The notes below the pieces were generated by a model that saw only the letters and a program-made list of their open reading frames with translations, was not told the origin of the DNA and made no database searches. A DNA stretch of 50,899 nucleotides from the IMG/VR virus record IMGVR_UViG_3300021440_000032, positions 1 through 50,899 of that record; one strand, 5' to 3'. Shown in pieces: positions 36,744 to 45,822 of the stretch; the first letter of the stretch is position 1; every line of letters begins with the position of its first letter. Source of the DNA: a virus. Lineage: Duplodnaviria > Caudoviricetes. The position numbers were made by a program, and so were the translations under genes.

Positions 36744-36972
36744 AATCTACTGGCCGAACGGGGAAGAAGCTGTCAAGTATACATATGATGATGACCTTAA
36801 TCTTTGTGCTAGCTGTGGTTGTGTGAAAGCTAATGGCCCATTGAAACCACGTCGGTATATTCAGATAGGTGTGGGTAAACTAAATGAGCCATCGGATGAT
36901 GGTAGCACTAGAATTGATGTGATCGAAACACAAAATGGTCCGATTACTGTGGGGATTCGTTATGCCTGGTAA
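36733..36972 (+). CDS. Small CxxC protein
   Basis: CASCG; packing. Confidence 0.55.
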   Translation: MENKIYWPNGEEAVKYTYDDDLNLCASCGCVKANGPLKPRRYIQIGVGKLNEPSDDGSTRIDVIETQNGPITVGIRYAW

Positions 36973-37243
36973 AGTTGTTAGCTTATGTGTATCTGACCTG
37001 CTAGGTTCCACATGGAATATCCGTTTTGATCGACTGGCTTTTTATGTGCGTGAGGTACTCCCTATAACCAAGGAAGATACAGGATTGCTCGTCTTTGGTA
37101 GTGGTCAGGAAAAACAACTGCAAGCTCTAGAAGAAAGTCCTAGAATCAAGATCCTTTACAAGAGTGTAAAATCTGTAAATGGTACTCCAGGTCATGGTGG
37201 TTTACCAAGAAATACACTCGTTATCGTGGAGTTGAATCAATAA
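36962..37243 (+). CDS. Hypothetical protein
   Basis: Packing. Confidence 0.55.
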   Translation: MPGKVVSLCVSDLLGSTWNIRFDRLAFYVREVLPITKEDTGLLVFGSGQEKQLQALEESPRIKILYKSVKSVNGTPGHGGLPRNTLVIVELNQ

Positions 37244-37464
37244 TGCGTTGTGTATGCTGTAATAAGCTTCTTAGTGACTTTGAGGCAACTAGGAAACATG
37301 CTGAGACTGGTGAATATCTAGACATGTGTAATAAATGTCTTGACTTCTGCCCAGAGATCCCTTATACTGAACGATCTGATCTATGTAATGACTCAGAACT
37401 AGATGACTTCGAGGAGGATACTGAGGATGGCTGGGAGAGTAATTCAGAGGATTCCATGTCCTAA
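37243..37464 (+). CDS. Small zinc-finger protein with acidic tail
   Basis: MRCVCCN..DMCNKC. Confidence 0.7.
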   Translation: MRCVCCNKLLSDFEATRKHAETGEYLDMCNKCLDFCPEIPYTERSDLCNDSELDDFEEDTEDGWESNSEDSMS

Positions 37465-38149
37465 GTGTAGAGAGAATGGTGGAGATAGCCGTGGGGACAA
37501 TCTTGCAATCTACGATGATGGCGGAGGTCATTGTTGGGCGTGCGGCTTTCACATTCACCCTAAGTATTACAACCCTGTAAAAACTGAGAAGGTCTATCAT
37601 CATGGCTCAGATCTGTTACCTGCTGACTTCAGCAGAGAAGTTCCAGGAGTTGCATGGAGATGGCTGCTCCAGTATGGACTCCCAATCAGCTATTGGAAAC
37701 CGTATGTCGGATATAGTGAGAAAGATTCCCGCCTTGTTTTTACCGTCGGAGACCCGATCTGCTTTTCTATCGGCAGATGGATCGGAGAGCAACCAAATCC
37801 AAGAAAGTGGTTCGTGTGGGGAGATTCCCACAGAACAGCCACAGCCTTGGGCGAACAGGACACCGGGACAAAAGTTGTTCTTGTTGAAGATATTATATCC
37901 GCACACAAAGTTGGGAGAGTTGAAATCTCAATTCCTCTCTTCGGAACAGTAGTTCATCCATGTCACTTTAACCTATTAAAACACATTGGCTTACCCATTG
38001 TCTTGTGGTTGGATCAAGACCAAGATCCGTACACCAGAAAGAAAGCAACGCAAATCAGCATGGTCACTGGTTTGCCAGTGGAAATTGTCTCCACTAAAAA
38101 AGATCCCAAAGAAATCCCTATTGAAACCATCAAGGAAATACTAAGTTGA
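37427..38149 (+). CDS. DNA primase (Zn-binding plus TOPRIM); start reassigned to MAGRV
   Basis: CPKC..DNLAIYDDG..HCWACG, VLVEDIISA, WLDQD. Confidence 0.9.
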   Translation: MAGRVIQRIPCPKCRENGGDSRGDNLAIYDDGGGHCWACGFHIHPKYYNPVKTEKVYHHGSDLLPADFSREVPGVAWRWLLQYGLPISYWKPYVGYSEKDSRLVFTVGDPICFSIGRWIGEQPNPRKWFVWGDSHRTATALGEQDTGTKVVLVEDIISAHKVGRVEISIPLFGTVVHPCHFNLLKHIGLPIVLWLDQDQDPYTRKKATQISMVTGLPVEIVSTKKDPKEIPIETIKEILS

Positions 38150-38169
38150 GTGAATTACAAGTTGTAAAT

Positions 38170-38208
38170 ATGCAGGTAACTCTAGTTGACTACATGGGTA
38201 GTGAATAA
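38170..38208 (+). pseudogene. Orphaned original 5' end of thyX (MQVTLVDYMGSE*)
   Basis: Aligns with MSVQLVDHQGTD at the start of downstream thyX. Confidence 0.7.
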
Positions 38209-38211
38209 TAC

Positions 38212-38240
38212 TTGACAAACCCCTAGCAGCGTGTTATAAT
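38212..38240 (+). promoter_or_regulatory. Consensus sigma70 promoter in front of the endonuclease gene
   Basis: TTGACA-17-TATAAT with TG extension; GGAGG RBS follows. Confidence 0.85.
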
Positions 38241-38261
38241 TGGGTATGGAGGAATTAACAT

Positions 38262-38723
38262 ATGCAAACTTGCACACACTGCCAAATATCTAAAGAAGAC
38301 CTAGAGTTCCCTGTAAGAAACGATAGATCTGGTAGATTACGACCGTATTGTAAATCTTGCTCGAATAATATTCAGCGAAGTAGATATGAAGTTTACAAAA
38401 AGAGAAATCCGTTTTTACACAAATGTAATAGAGCTAAATCTAGGGCTTCACAATTGAAGCTACCATTTAACTTAACTCCTGATTATTTAGAAAGTTTATG
38501 GACTGGAACATGTCCTATTACTGGAGAAGCTATTTCCTTTGTAGAAAGAGACCGTTCCGATGAATTTGCTGCTGAGTTAGATAGATTTGTACCAGCATTA
38601 GGTTATGTACAAGGGAATGTTTCATTTATATCAAGAAAAATGAATAGATTAAAGAACTCCGCAACAACGGAGCAATTACAAAAATTATTGGATTGGATGT
38701 ATGACAGAATTCAAAAAAAGTGA
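38262..38723 (+). CDS. His-Me finger homing endonuclease
   Basis: CTHC..CKSC, AKSRA..LPFNLT..CPITG..LDRFVPALGYVQGNV..N..KN. Confidence 0.8.
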   Translation: MQTCTHCQISKEDLEFPVRNDRSGRLRPYCKSCSNNIQRSRYEVYKKRNPFLHKCNRAKSRASQLKLPFNLTPDYLESLWTGTCPITGEAISFVERDRSDEFAAELDRFVPALGYVQGNVSFISRKMNRLKNSATTEQLQKLLDWMYDRIQKK

Positions 38724-39414
38724 AATGTCAGTACAATTAGTGGATCATCAAGGAACGGACCTTAGCGTTGTTAATGCAGCTAGGGTTAGTTTTGATAAGC
38801 AAAGCGATTGGGTAACAGATGATGATGATTTCTATCTTTTAGATCCGAATGAGAAAGAAATTCTAAGTGAAAAAGATGCAAAACTCATTAACTATCTCGC
38901 GAAGCATAACCACTGGACACCGTTCGGTCATGCCTTCGCAACATTCAGAATTAAGGCTCCACTTTTTGTCGCAAGGCAAATGGGAAAACATCAGGTGGGT
39001 TTGGTCTGGAACGAAGTGTCTCGCCGCTACGTCGATTCAGAACCCGAGTTTTACATTCCAGAATCGTTCAGAGGTAGGGCCGAGAACGTCAAACAAGGAA
39101 GCTCTCAAAACGCTGTAGAAACGCCTGGAGCTGGTCAAGACTACCCTGGTATTACCTATGCTGTAGAAACCGCTCTAGCGGCCTATAAAGGGCTTCTAAA
39201 GGATGGTGTTGCACCAGAACTAGCCAGAATGGTTCTCCCACAGAACATGATGACTGAATGGATCTGGTCTGGAAGCCTTGCTGCTTTCAGTCGAGTATGT
39301 AGGCTTCGCCTTGATCCTCACACTCAGATTGAGACTCAGGAAGTAGCTAAACAAATCGCTACCGAGATGGAAGTTCTGTTCCCTGTTTCATGGGTAGCGC
39401 TACAAAATGACTGA
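38701..39414 (+). CDS. thyX: Flavin-dependent thymidylate synthase
   Basis: VVNAARVSF, HNHWTPF, VARQMGKHQ..NEVSRRY, PELARMVLP. Confidence 0.95.
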   Translation: MTEFKKSEMSVQLVDHQGTDLSVVNAARVSFDKQSDWVTDDDDFYLLDPNEKEILSEKDAKLINYLAKHNHWTPFGHAFATFRIKAPLFVARQMGKHQVGLVWNEVSRRYVDSEPEFYIPESFRGRAENVKQGSSQNAVETPGAGQDYPGITYAVETALAAYKGLLKDGVAPELARMVLPQNMMTEWIWSGSLAAFSRVCRLRLDPHTQIETQEVAKQIATEMEVLFPVSWVALQND

Positions 39415-39485
39415 CAGAGATCTATGGAAGATGTGGTGGTTTGCTACTCTTTACGGTTCTTCACCACAAAAACGTATGGAACTAC

Positions 39486-39514
39486 TTGACAAACAGCATT
39501 GTGTATGCTACAAT
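39486..39514 (+). promoter_or_regulatory. Sigma70 promoter in front of the second endonuclease gene
   Basis: TTGACA-17-TACAAT with TG extension; AAGGAGG RBS follows. Confidence 0.8.
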
Positions 39515-39534
39515 AGATATAAGGAGGAAAAAGT

Positions 39535-40089
39535 TTGTCATTTAAAACAAGCAACAAATGGCAGTCAGAACTAGATAAACTTCTATATCTATCAGAACAA
39601 GGGAACTCTTTTGAAGAGATTGGTAAGGTGTATGGTGTAAGCCGTCAACGTATCAAGCAGGTATTCAAAAGATATAACCTACCTCATAAGGGTGTAAGGT
39701 ATCTAGTCAAGCTTCGTAGAGAAGCTGAAAAGGTAGACTACAAACTAAAGTGGGGAGATAAGGATGATACTGATCTCTATCGTGCTAAACGAGCTAAGTT
39801 TCGTGGTAAAAGAGATAATGCCAAACGAGCAGGAATTCCTTTTAACATCGAGTTTGGAGAATTAGTATTTCCAAATGTCTGCCCAGTACTAGGAATCCCT
39901 ATTGACTACTTCTCAGATGGTAGATCAGAAAATAGTCCTAGTTTTGATAGGATTAAACTAGATTTAGGGTATGTTTCAGGTAATGTTGTGATCATGTCCT
40001 GGAGAGCAAACAGGATTAAAAATGATGGTACAGCAGAGGAACATAAACTAATTGCACAATATCTTAGCAATATGAATGAACAACCTTGA
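39535..40089 (+). CDS. Homing endonuclease (N-terminal HTH plus His-Me finger, same family as 38262)
   Basis: SFEEIGKVYGVSRQRIKQ; GIPFNI..CPVLG..SPSFDRI..GYVSGNV..ANRIKN. Confidence 0.8.
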   Translation: MSFKTSNKWQSELDKLLYLSEQGNSFEEIGKVYGVSRQRIKQVFKRYNLPHKGVRYLVKLRREAEKVDYKLKWGDKDDTDLYRAKRAKFRGKRDNAKRAGIPFNIEFGELVFPNVCPVLGIPIDYFSDGRSENSPSFDRIKLDLGYVSGNVVIMSWRANRIKNDGTAEEHKLIAQYLSNMNEQP

Positions 40090-41320
40090 ACTACTACTAC
40101 TAAGACTACTACTATATAATAATAATTATATTAAATATAAACATTTAATAGATTATAATTATATTAAAGAATATAATATAGAATTATATTATATATATAA
40201 AGCATTAGGAGATTTATATGAGTTAACTAATGAAGTTACATTACAAGATTTAGAAGCATACTTCTTTGCTAAATACCAAAACAATGCTGATAAATACAAA
40301 GTTGTATTTGACTCGCTGCAAGCGATTGAACTTTCTGATCATGTAGTAGACACAGTTCTGCAAGAACTGAATAAAAAGAAAAATGCATTGTTGCTGAGTG
40401 AAAAGGCATTCGCCTTTACTCAGGGTAGATCCTCCATAGAGGATATTACTGCGGCGTATGACGCCATTTACACTCCTGTAAAACAAGAAGATGATCCAAA
40501 TGAATTCGTTAGTACTGATATTGAGGAGCTGGTAAATGGAACAGTGGTACGACCGGGCCTTCGCTGGCGCTTAGGTTGTTTAAATAAATCCTTAGGTTCA
40601 CTAAGACAAGGTGACTTCGGAGCAATCTTTGCCCGCCCAGAAACAGGCAAAACAACATTCCTAGCTTCTGAAGTAAGCTTTATGCTCGATCAATTAACAG
40701 AAGATCGCCCACTACTTCACTTAAATAATGAGGAACAAGGAGCCAAGGTAATGCTGAGGTATGCTCAAGCATACTTTGGACTAAGACTTGATCAGCTAAG
40801 AGCTAACATGCGGGAAACCAGAGAGGTTTTCCAAGACCGTGTTGGTAACAAGATTAAGTTCGTAGATAGTGCGCAGATTGATAAAGCGTATGTTGAGGAT
40901 CTAATGGCTAAGTTCAATCCTGGTTTGGTAGTATTCGATCAGATGGATAAGGTAAAGGGATTCAAGGCAGAGAGAGACGATCTGCTATACGGAACAATCT
41001 ACCAATGGGGTAGAGAACTCGCAAAGCAATATTGCCCAGTGATCAGCGTATGCCAAGCTGATGGCACCGCAGAAGGTAATAAGTGGTTGTTCATGAACCA
41101 CATGGCACTGGCTAAGACCTCAAAACAGGCTGAATGCGATTGGATTCTCGGTATTGGCAAGACTCATATGGATGGATCAGAGAATATGCGCTACCTGAAC
41201 TTGTCTAAGAACAAGCTGGCAGGAGATGCTGACTCTAATCCTGATTTGAGACACGGAAGGTTTGACGTATTGATTAGGCCCGAGGTGGCACGCTATGAAG
41301 ACATTATCTCATATGATTAA
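40076..41320 (+). CDS. DnaB-like replicative helicase
   Basis: ARPETGKTT Walker A, NNEE, VVFDQMDKV, SKQAECD, KNKL. Confidence 0.92.
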   Translation: MNNLELLLLRLLLYNNNYIKYKHLIDYNYIKEYNIELYYIYKALGDLYELTNEVTLQDLEAYFFAKYQNNADKYKVVFDSLQAIELSDHVVDTVLQELNKKKNALLLSEKAFAFTQGRSSIEDITAAYDAIYTPVKQEDDPNEFVSTDIEELVNGTVVRPGLRWRLGCLNKSLGSLRQGDFGAIFARPETGKTTFLASEVSFMLDQLTEDRPLLHLNNEEQGAKVMLRYAQAYFGLRLDQLRANMRETREVFQDRVGNKIKFVDSAQIDKAYVEDLMAKFNPGLVVFDQMDKVKGFKAERDDLLYGTIYQWGRELAKQYCPVISVCQADGTAEGNKWLFMNHMALAKTSKQAECDWILGIGKTHMDGSENMRYLNLSKNKLAGDADSNPDLRHGRFDVLIRPEVARYEDIISYD

Positions 41321-41504
41321 AGGAATCAGATTGATTGACTCAGAACTGACAGCTTACAATAATGGTAAGGCTGCATACTATAATGGTGAAGAGAACCCAT
41401 ATAACGTAGATGACAACTACACTCTATGGGAAGCATGGTTCGATGGCTTTGGTGACGAACAACGTCGTGACTCGGAGGCTAGGATCGGAGAGTGTGGTAC
41501 ATAA
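41313..41504 (+). CDS. Small protein resembling the ribosome modulation factor fold
   Basis: AYNNGKAAYYNG..NPY..WEAWFDGF. Confidence 0.45.
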   Translation: MIKGIRLIDSELTAYNNGKAAYYNGEENPYNVDDNYTLWEAWFDGFGDEQRRDSEARIGECGT

Positions 41505-41692
41505 TGGCATATTATTCCTATAAAGAAGTGCGTGATCTTATCCCATCTGAATTCTCAGATAGATTTATAGCTGGTTTTGGAGATACTTATGATCATGATG
41601 CAAACTATAATGGAGATATGTGGCTCTTAACTGCTGCTTATATAGAGCATCTACTTGAGAGGATTCGCAAGCTTGAGAACCCTAATATTTGA
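41492..41692 (+). CDS. Hypothetical protein
   Basis: GGAG RBS; packing. Confidence 0.55.
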   Translation: MWYIMAYYSYKEVRDLIPSEFSDRFIAGFGDTYDHDANYNGDMWLLTAAYIEHLLERIRKLENPNI

Positions 41693-42848
41693 CGGCGAAA
41701 CGTCGATCAAGAATAAAGGCAATCCGTTTACAGATGGAAACTTTCTTGTTTCTTTTGGCTGGGGCCTACTTGATGATGATTCCGATAGGTTTACTTACTA
41801 TCGGGACGCTGATTTTCTTAGCGATTTTCGACAAGCCCTATCGGTAGCTGACTGTATAGTTGGTGTAAATATCAAGTTTGATATCCACTGGCTTCGTAAA
41901 TACAACATTGTAATTCCACCACATGTAAAAGTGTGGGACTGCTCTATCGCTGAGTTTATCCTATCAGGGCAGAAATCTGTCCTCCCATCCATGAATAAGA
42001 TGTGTGATTTGTATGGGATAACAAACAAGCAAGGCGGTCTGGAAGACTATTGGAATGCAGGTATATCCACTGAATCAATTCCTGTTGATGTGGTCAAGGA
42101 TTACCAGTTGGGTGACATATGGAGAACAAAACAGATCTTCATTCACCAACAGAACGATCCTAGACTAACAAAGACAGACAAGCTAGAACAACTGATCTAC
42201 CTAGACGGAGAAGATCTTAAAGTACTTCAGGATATGGAGTATAACGGAATTAAGTATGACATTCAAGAATCTATTTCAAAAGCTGAAGTTCTGGAAGCAG
42301 AAGCCAAAGAGTTACACCGCATCCTATTGGGATTTAGCTCAGACCCCGAAATCAACTTCGGTTCCCCCGATCAACTCTCTGCGTACTTATTCGGGGGTTG
42401 GTATGAATCCAGTAAGTCCGAAGTACGCTCCTTACAGTACAAGTCAGGCCCTCGCAAGGGAGAATTCTATGACAGAAACGTCACAGTCGAGCGACGTATT
42501 CACAGACACCATGGTTGGTTTGATGCTCCTGTCGGAAATGAACTCGCGAAGTCAACCACAGAGCGTAGAATCTATTCTACAGCCGACGGAGTGTTGTCCC
42601 AGTTGCGATGCAGATCAAGAGTGCAGCGACTCATCATCGAGTCCTTGCAACGACTAACTGAAATTGAGAAGCTAACTACAACATATCTTAGAAAGCTTCC
42701 TGCGCTCATAGAGGAGATGGAATGGGGAGAATACCTACATGGTCAGTTCAACCAAACAATTGCAGCCACGGGCCGTTTAAGCAGTTCTAAGCCTAATATG
42801 CAGAACTCACCTCCAATCTCTGACCAGATGTTAATTACAAGGTGGTAA
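41673..42848 (+). CDS. polA: DNA polymerase A, N-terminal part (3'-5' exonuclease plus thumb); TTG start inferred
   Basis: ExoI FDGET, ExoII NIKFDIHWL, ExoIII YQLGD, ATGRLSSSKPNMQN. Confidence 0.9.
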   Translation: MRTLIFDGETSIKNKGNPFTDGNFLVSFGWGLLDDDSDRFTYYRDADFLSDFRQALSVADCIVGVNIKFDIHWLRKYNIVIPPHVKVWDCSIAEFILSGQKSVLPSMNKMCDLYGITNKQGGLEDYWNAGISTESIPVDVVKDYQLGDIWRTKQIFIHQQNDPRLTKTDKLEQLIYLDGEDLKVLQDMEYNGIKYDIQESISKAEVLEAEAKELHRILLGFSSDPEINFGSPDQLSAYLFGGWYESSKSEVRSLQYKSGPRKGEFYDRNVTVERRIHRHHGWFDAPVGNELAKSTTERRIYSTADGVLSQLRCRSRVQRLIIESLQRLTEIEKLTTTYLRKLPALIEEMEWGEYLHGQFNQTIAATGRLSSSKPNMQNSPPISDQMLITRW

Positions 42849-43025
42849 ATGGAAGAGAACACAACTTATAATTTGGTGTATAGACTTAGGAAAAGAGCGG
42901 AAATTAGACTATCTATTCCTGGTAGGAAATCTGTTCAGAATAATGAATCGGATAGAATAGCGGAACTCCTACTTGAAGCCGCAGATAGGATTGAAACATT
43001 AGAAAGCTATCTTGAAGGATGCTAA
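42849..43025 (+). CDS. 58-aa protein between the polymerase halves (not in ORF track)
   Basis: MEENTTYNLVYRLRKRAEIR..DRIAELLLEAADRIETLE; abuts both pol ORFs. Confidence 0.7.
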   Translation: MEENTTYNLVYRLRKRAEIRLSIPGRKSVQNNESDRIAELLLEAADRIETLESYLEGC

Positions 43026-43741
43026 TCAATGCTGACGTAAAAAGTTTGGAAGTATATGTAGCATGTGACCTCAGTGGAGACAAGACACTATATGATGAGC
43101 TAATGATTCCTGGTAACGATATGCATACAAACAATCAGAATGCATTCGGACTACCAAGCAGAGTCATTGCGAAAATATTCGTCTTTAAGCTACTATATGG
43201 AGCATCTGCATATGGTTATGCCAATGACCCAGACTTCGTAGCAGTATCACGTAAGGAGAAGTTCTGGCAGGATGTCATTGATAACTTCTATTCCAAGTAC
43301 CCATCTATTGCCATATGGCATAAAAAACTAATCAAGGAGGCACAAACAAATGGATTTCTTAGTATCCCCAGTGGTCGTTACTATCCTATTGATCCTATTA
43401 TTCGCGGCGGTAGGGTCAAGTGGCCTGAGACTATCATCAAAAATTACCCAGTTCAAGGCTTCGGCGCTGATCTCGTTAAGCTTGCTCGGATCGAGACTGC
43501 ACGCCGCTTTCGTGAAGAAGTAAAGCGTGGGTGCCTAGTTGGCACTATCCACGACTCAATCGTAGCAGATGTTCCTGATGACGAAGTAGAACTTTCTTGT
43601 AGAATTATGAAAGAAAGTATTGCAAAAGTCCCAGAACTATGCTATAATATTTATAGACACAAATTTTCTTTACCTATGCTTTGTGAAGTACAGGTAGGAA
43701 CAAACAAGAATGACATGAAGGAGTTTCATTTTGATCATTAA
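43019..43741 (+). CDS. polA: DNA polymerase A, C-terminal catalytic part
   Basis: Motif A NADVKSLE, motif B RVIAKIFVFKLLYG (Phe at the 762-equivalent), NYPVQG, motif C TIHDS. Confidence 0.92.
   Translation: MLINADVKSLEVYVACDLSGDKTLYDELMIPGNDMHTNNQNAFGLPSRVIAKIFVFKLLYGASAYGYANDPDFVAVSRKEKFWQDVIDNFYSKYPSIAIWHKKLIKEAQTNGFLSIPSGRYYPIDPIIRGGRVKWPETIIKNYPVQGFGADLVKLARIETARRFREEVKRGCLVGTIHDSIVADVPDDEVELSCRIMKESIAKVPELCYNIYRHKFSLPMLCEVQVGTNKNDMKEFHFDH
43620..43648 (+). promoter_or_regulatory. Internal promoter upstream of the SSB gene
   Basis: TTGCAA-17-TATAAT with TG extension. Confidence 0.6.
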
Positions 43742-44237
43742 AGTTCTAAACGTAGACGTAAACGACGCCGGCTCAGGCCGCAACAAATATCAAATCGCAG
43801 AAGTTCTGTACGATACCAACGGTGAGAAGAAGACATTCAAGATCTTCAGCTTCGTAAATCCCGCAGTATTCAAGGAAATGTCTGGAGCAAAGAATGGTGA
43901 TATCTTCACAATTACAACTGGTAAAAACGATAAGGGCTATATTACTTGGGAGTCTGCTACGGCTGGTGCCAGTGCAGAAGCACCTGCTGCAAGTACCAAG
44001 TCTGCGTCCTTCGGTGGAGGTGGTCGTGACTTTGAATCCAAGGAAGAGCGTGAAGCCAAGCAGCGCTATATCATTCGGCAGTCCAGCCTCTCAAATGCAA
44101 TTGCCGTTCTGACTACAGGTGCCAAGTCACCTCCAGATGAAAAGGCTATCCTGGATCTTTCTGACAAGTTTGTAAACTATGTGTTTGAAGTAGCAGATAT
44201 CTTTGCTGCTGATACACCAGACGACGTTCCATATTAA
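43731..44237 (+). CDS. Putative single-stranded DNA-binding protein
   Basis: OB-like N-terminus, flexible linker, acidic aromatic tail DTPDDVPY. Confidence 0.65.
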   Translation: MIIKVLNVDVNDAGSGRNKYQIAEVLYDTNGEKKTFKIFSFVNPAVFKEMSGAKNGDIFTITTGKNDKGYITWESATAGASAEAPAASTKSASFGGGGRDFESKEEREAKQRYIIRQSSLSNAIAVLTTGAKSPPDEKAILDLSDKFVNYVFEVADIFAADTPDDVPY

Positions 44238-44593
44238 TGATTAATGTTGCCTATAAGACTGCTCAGAAGAGCACATTTGAACGTCATCGACTTGGAGCTG
44301 TAATTGTTAGGGGTCACAGGGTATTAGCTTCTGGATCAAACTCAATCAGATACTCCAAAGAGATAGGTAAGAGTACTCTACATGCAGAGGAAGCCGCCAT
44401 TATTCAGATGCTAAAGTCTCGTAGGCAACATCTACTAGTAGGAGCGGATATTTATGTTACTAGAGTACGGCCAAATGGGTCAGTTGGTTTGTCTAAGCCT
44501 TGCCCCCGTTGTATGGAACTTATCCGTAGTGTCGGTATCAATCGAGTATATTACACAGATGATACAGGAATCGTGGAGGTTATTCGTTGTTAA
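44237..44593 (+). CDS. Cytidine/dCMP deaminase-family protein
   Basis: HAEEAA and PCPRC zinc motifs. Confidence 0.85.
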   Translation: MINVAYKTAQKSTFERHRLGAVIVRGHRVLASGSNSIRYSKEIGKSTLHAEEAAIIQMLKSRRQHLLVGADIYVTRVRPNGSVGLSKPCPRCMELIRSVGINRVYYTDDTGIVEVIRC

Positions 44594-44839
44594 ATGAAAT
44601 TCTTAACTGAAAATGAAGAACATTTAGTAGACCGTCTAAGTAGTTATCCAACAAAACAATATCGGATTGGTAACAAACTGGTTGGAATCAAATATGGAAA
44701 TCAACGACCCAAATATGTCTTACTAGATATGCAGGATCTTACTGAATTAGAACACGAGATTAAAACAGATCCAGATCGTTTATGCTCGTGGATCAGACGA
44801 CATTTAATTCATACTGTGTATGTTAAGACTAACCCTTGA
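44594..44839 (+). CDS. Hypothetical protein
   Basis: Packing. Confidence 0.5.
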   Translation: MKFLTENEEHLVDRLSSYPTKQYRIGNKLVGIKYGNQRPKYVLLDMQDLTELEHEIKTDPDRLCSWIRRHLIHTVYVKTNP

Positions 44840-45209
44840 GTTACTGCCATACGGTCAGGAAAAGGGTAAGAAGTTCATCAAACGGGTAGAGATAGCTAAT
44901 GATGGACGAGCACCTAATTTCGTCCACTATGCTGACTACAAAGTAAAAGTAAATGATAATGCCCATACTGAAGCTAAATGGAAACAGAAATATATTACAG
45001 CATTCCCAAGGGAGAAGTATGACGCTTTATACTTATGCTACCTTGTTTTAAGAAAGATGGTGCATGAGCACGAATCAGTTGATCCTATCGACACTAAAGC
45101 AGAACAAGATAGAGAAGCTTCTAGTGGACCTGGACATAGTTATATACAGGACGGCGTGCAAATGGTCGGAGGTCCAGGATACATTAAACGGGGCAGCCTC
45201 GGCAGTTGA
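44820..45209 (+). CDS. Hypothetical protein
   Basis: MLRLTLELLPYG..EIANDG..Y motif common in phages; overlaps the exonuclease. Confidence 0.55.
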   Translation: MLRLTLELLPYGQEKGKKFIKRVEIANDGRAPNFVHYADYKVKVNDNAHTEAKWKQKYITAFPREKYDALYLCYLVLRKMVHEHESVDPIDTKAEQDREASSGPGHSYIQDGVQMVGGPGYIKRGSLGS

Positions 45210-45822
45210 CACACTGGATTGGATTGCTACTGAAACTGGTATTAGTACTATGGATCTTTTCCTTTCTGGTGACAACAATTTCAGAAAGAAGATCTATCCA
45301 GAGTACAAAGCCAATAGACGTAAAATGATCAGGCCACCCAGTCTTGAGTATATGAAAGATTGGTTCAAATTGAATTATCCTGTCCACATTCAAGATGAGG
45401 TCGAAGCAGATGATCTACTTGGACTTGCTCAGGACGATACTACTTGTATCGTATCCATAGACAAAGATATGCTCATGATTCCTGGTTGGCATTACAACTA
45501 TGTAAAGAATGAACTCAAGTACGTCAATTATCTTGACGGTCTCCATCATTTTTATACTCAACTCCTTGTTGGTGATACTGCTGACAATATTAAAGGGGCT
45601 AAAGGGATTGGGGTCGCCAAAGCACAAAGAATCTTAATGGATTGTGAAACAGAAGAAGATATGCTGAATGCAACATATCCTTATTTCTCCTGTTGGGAAG
45701 AATATGATATGACAGCGAAGCTTCTATGGATCAGAAGGAAAGGAAGAATAGACTGGAATGACACCGGCATCGGCGAAAGCAAAAAGGAAATTGACGGGGA
45801 AATTTATTCGCAGTTTGAATAA
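45064..45822 (+). CDS. 5'-3' exonuclease (FEN/T7 gp6-like)
   Basis: NFRKKIYPEYKANR, EADD, SIDKD, GDTADNIKG..GIG. Confidence 0.92.
   Translation: MSTNQLILSTLKQNKIEKLLVDLDIVIYRTACKWSEVQDTLNGAASAVDTLDWIATETGISTMDLFLSGDNNFRKKIYPEYKANRRKMIRPPSLEYMKDWFKLNYPVHIQDEVEADDLLGLAQDDTTCIVSIDKDMLMIPGWHYNYVKNELKYVNYLDGLHHFYTQLLVGDTADNIKGAKGIGVAKAQRILMDCETEEDMLNATYPYFSCWEEYDMTAKLLWIRRKGRIDWNDTGIGESKKEIDGEIYSQFE

Noticed and set aside
38203-38757. Group I intron in thyX (U|...G| junctions would formally give MGSDLSV)
   Set aside because: The interval is filled by a promoter and ORF with no space for a ribozyme core, and downstream thyX has its own complete N-terminus
42849-43018. Intron or intein splitting the DNA polymerase
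   Set aside because: Only 170 nt, fully occupied by a plausible ORF; no intron core or intein motifs seen
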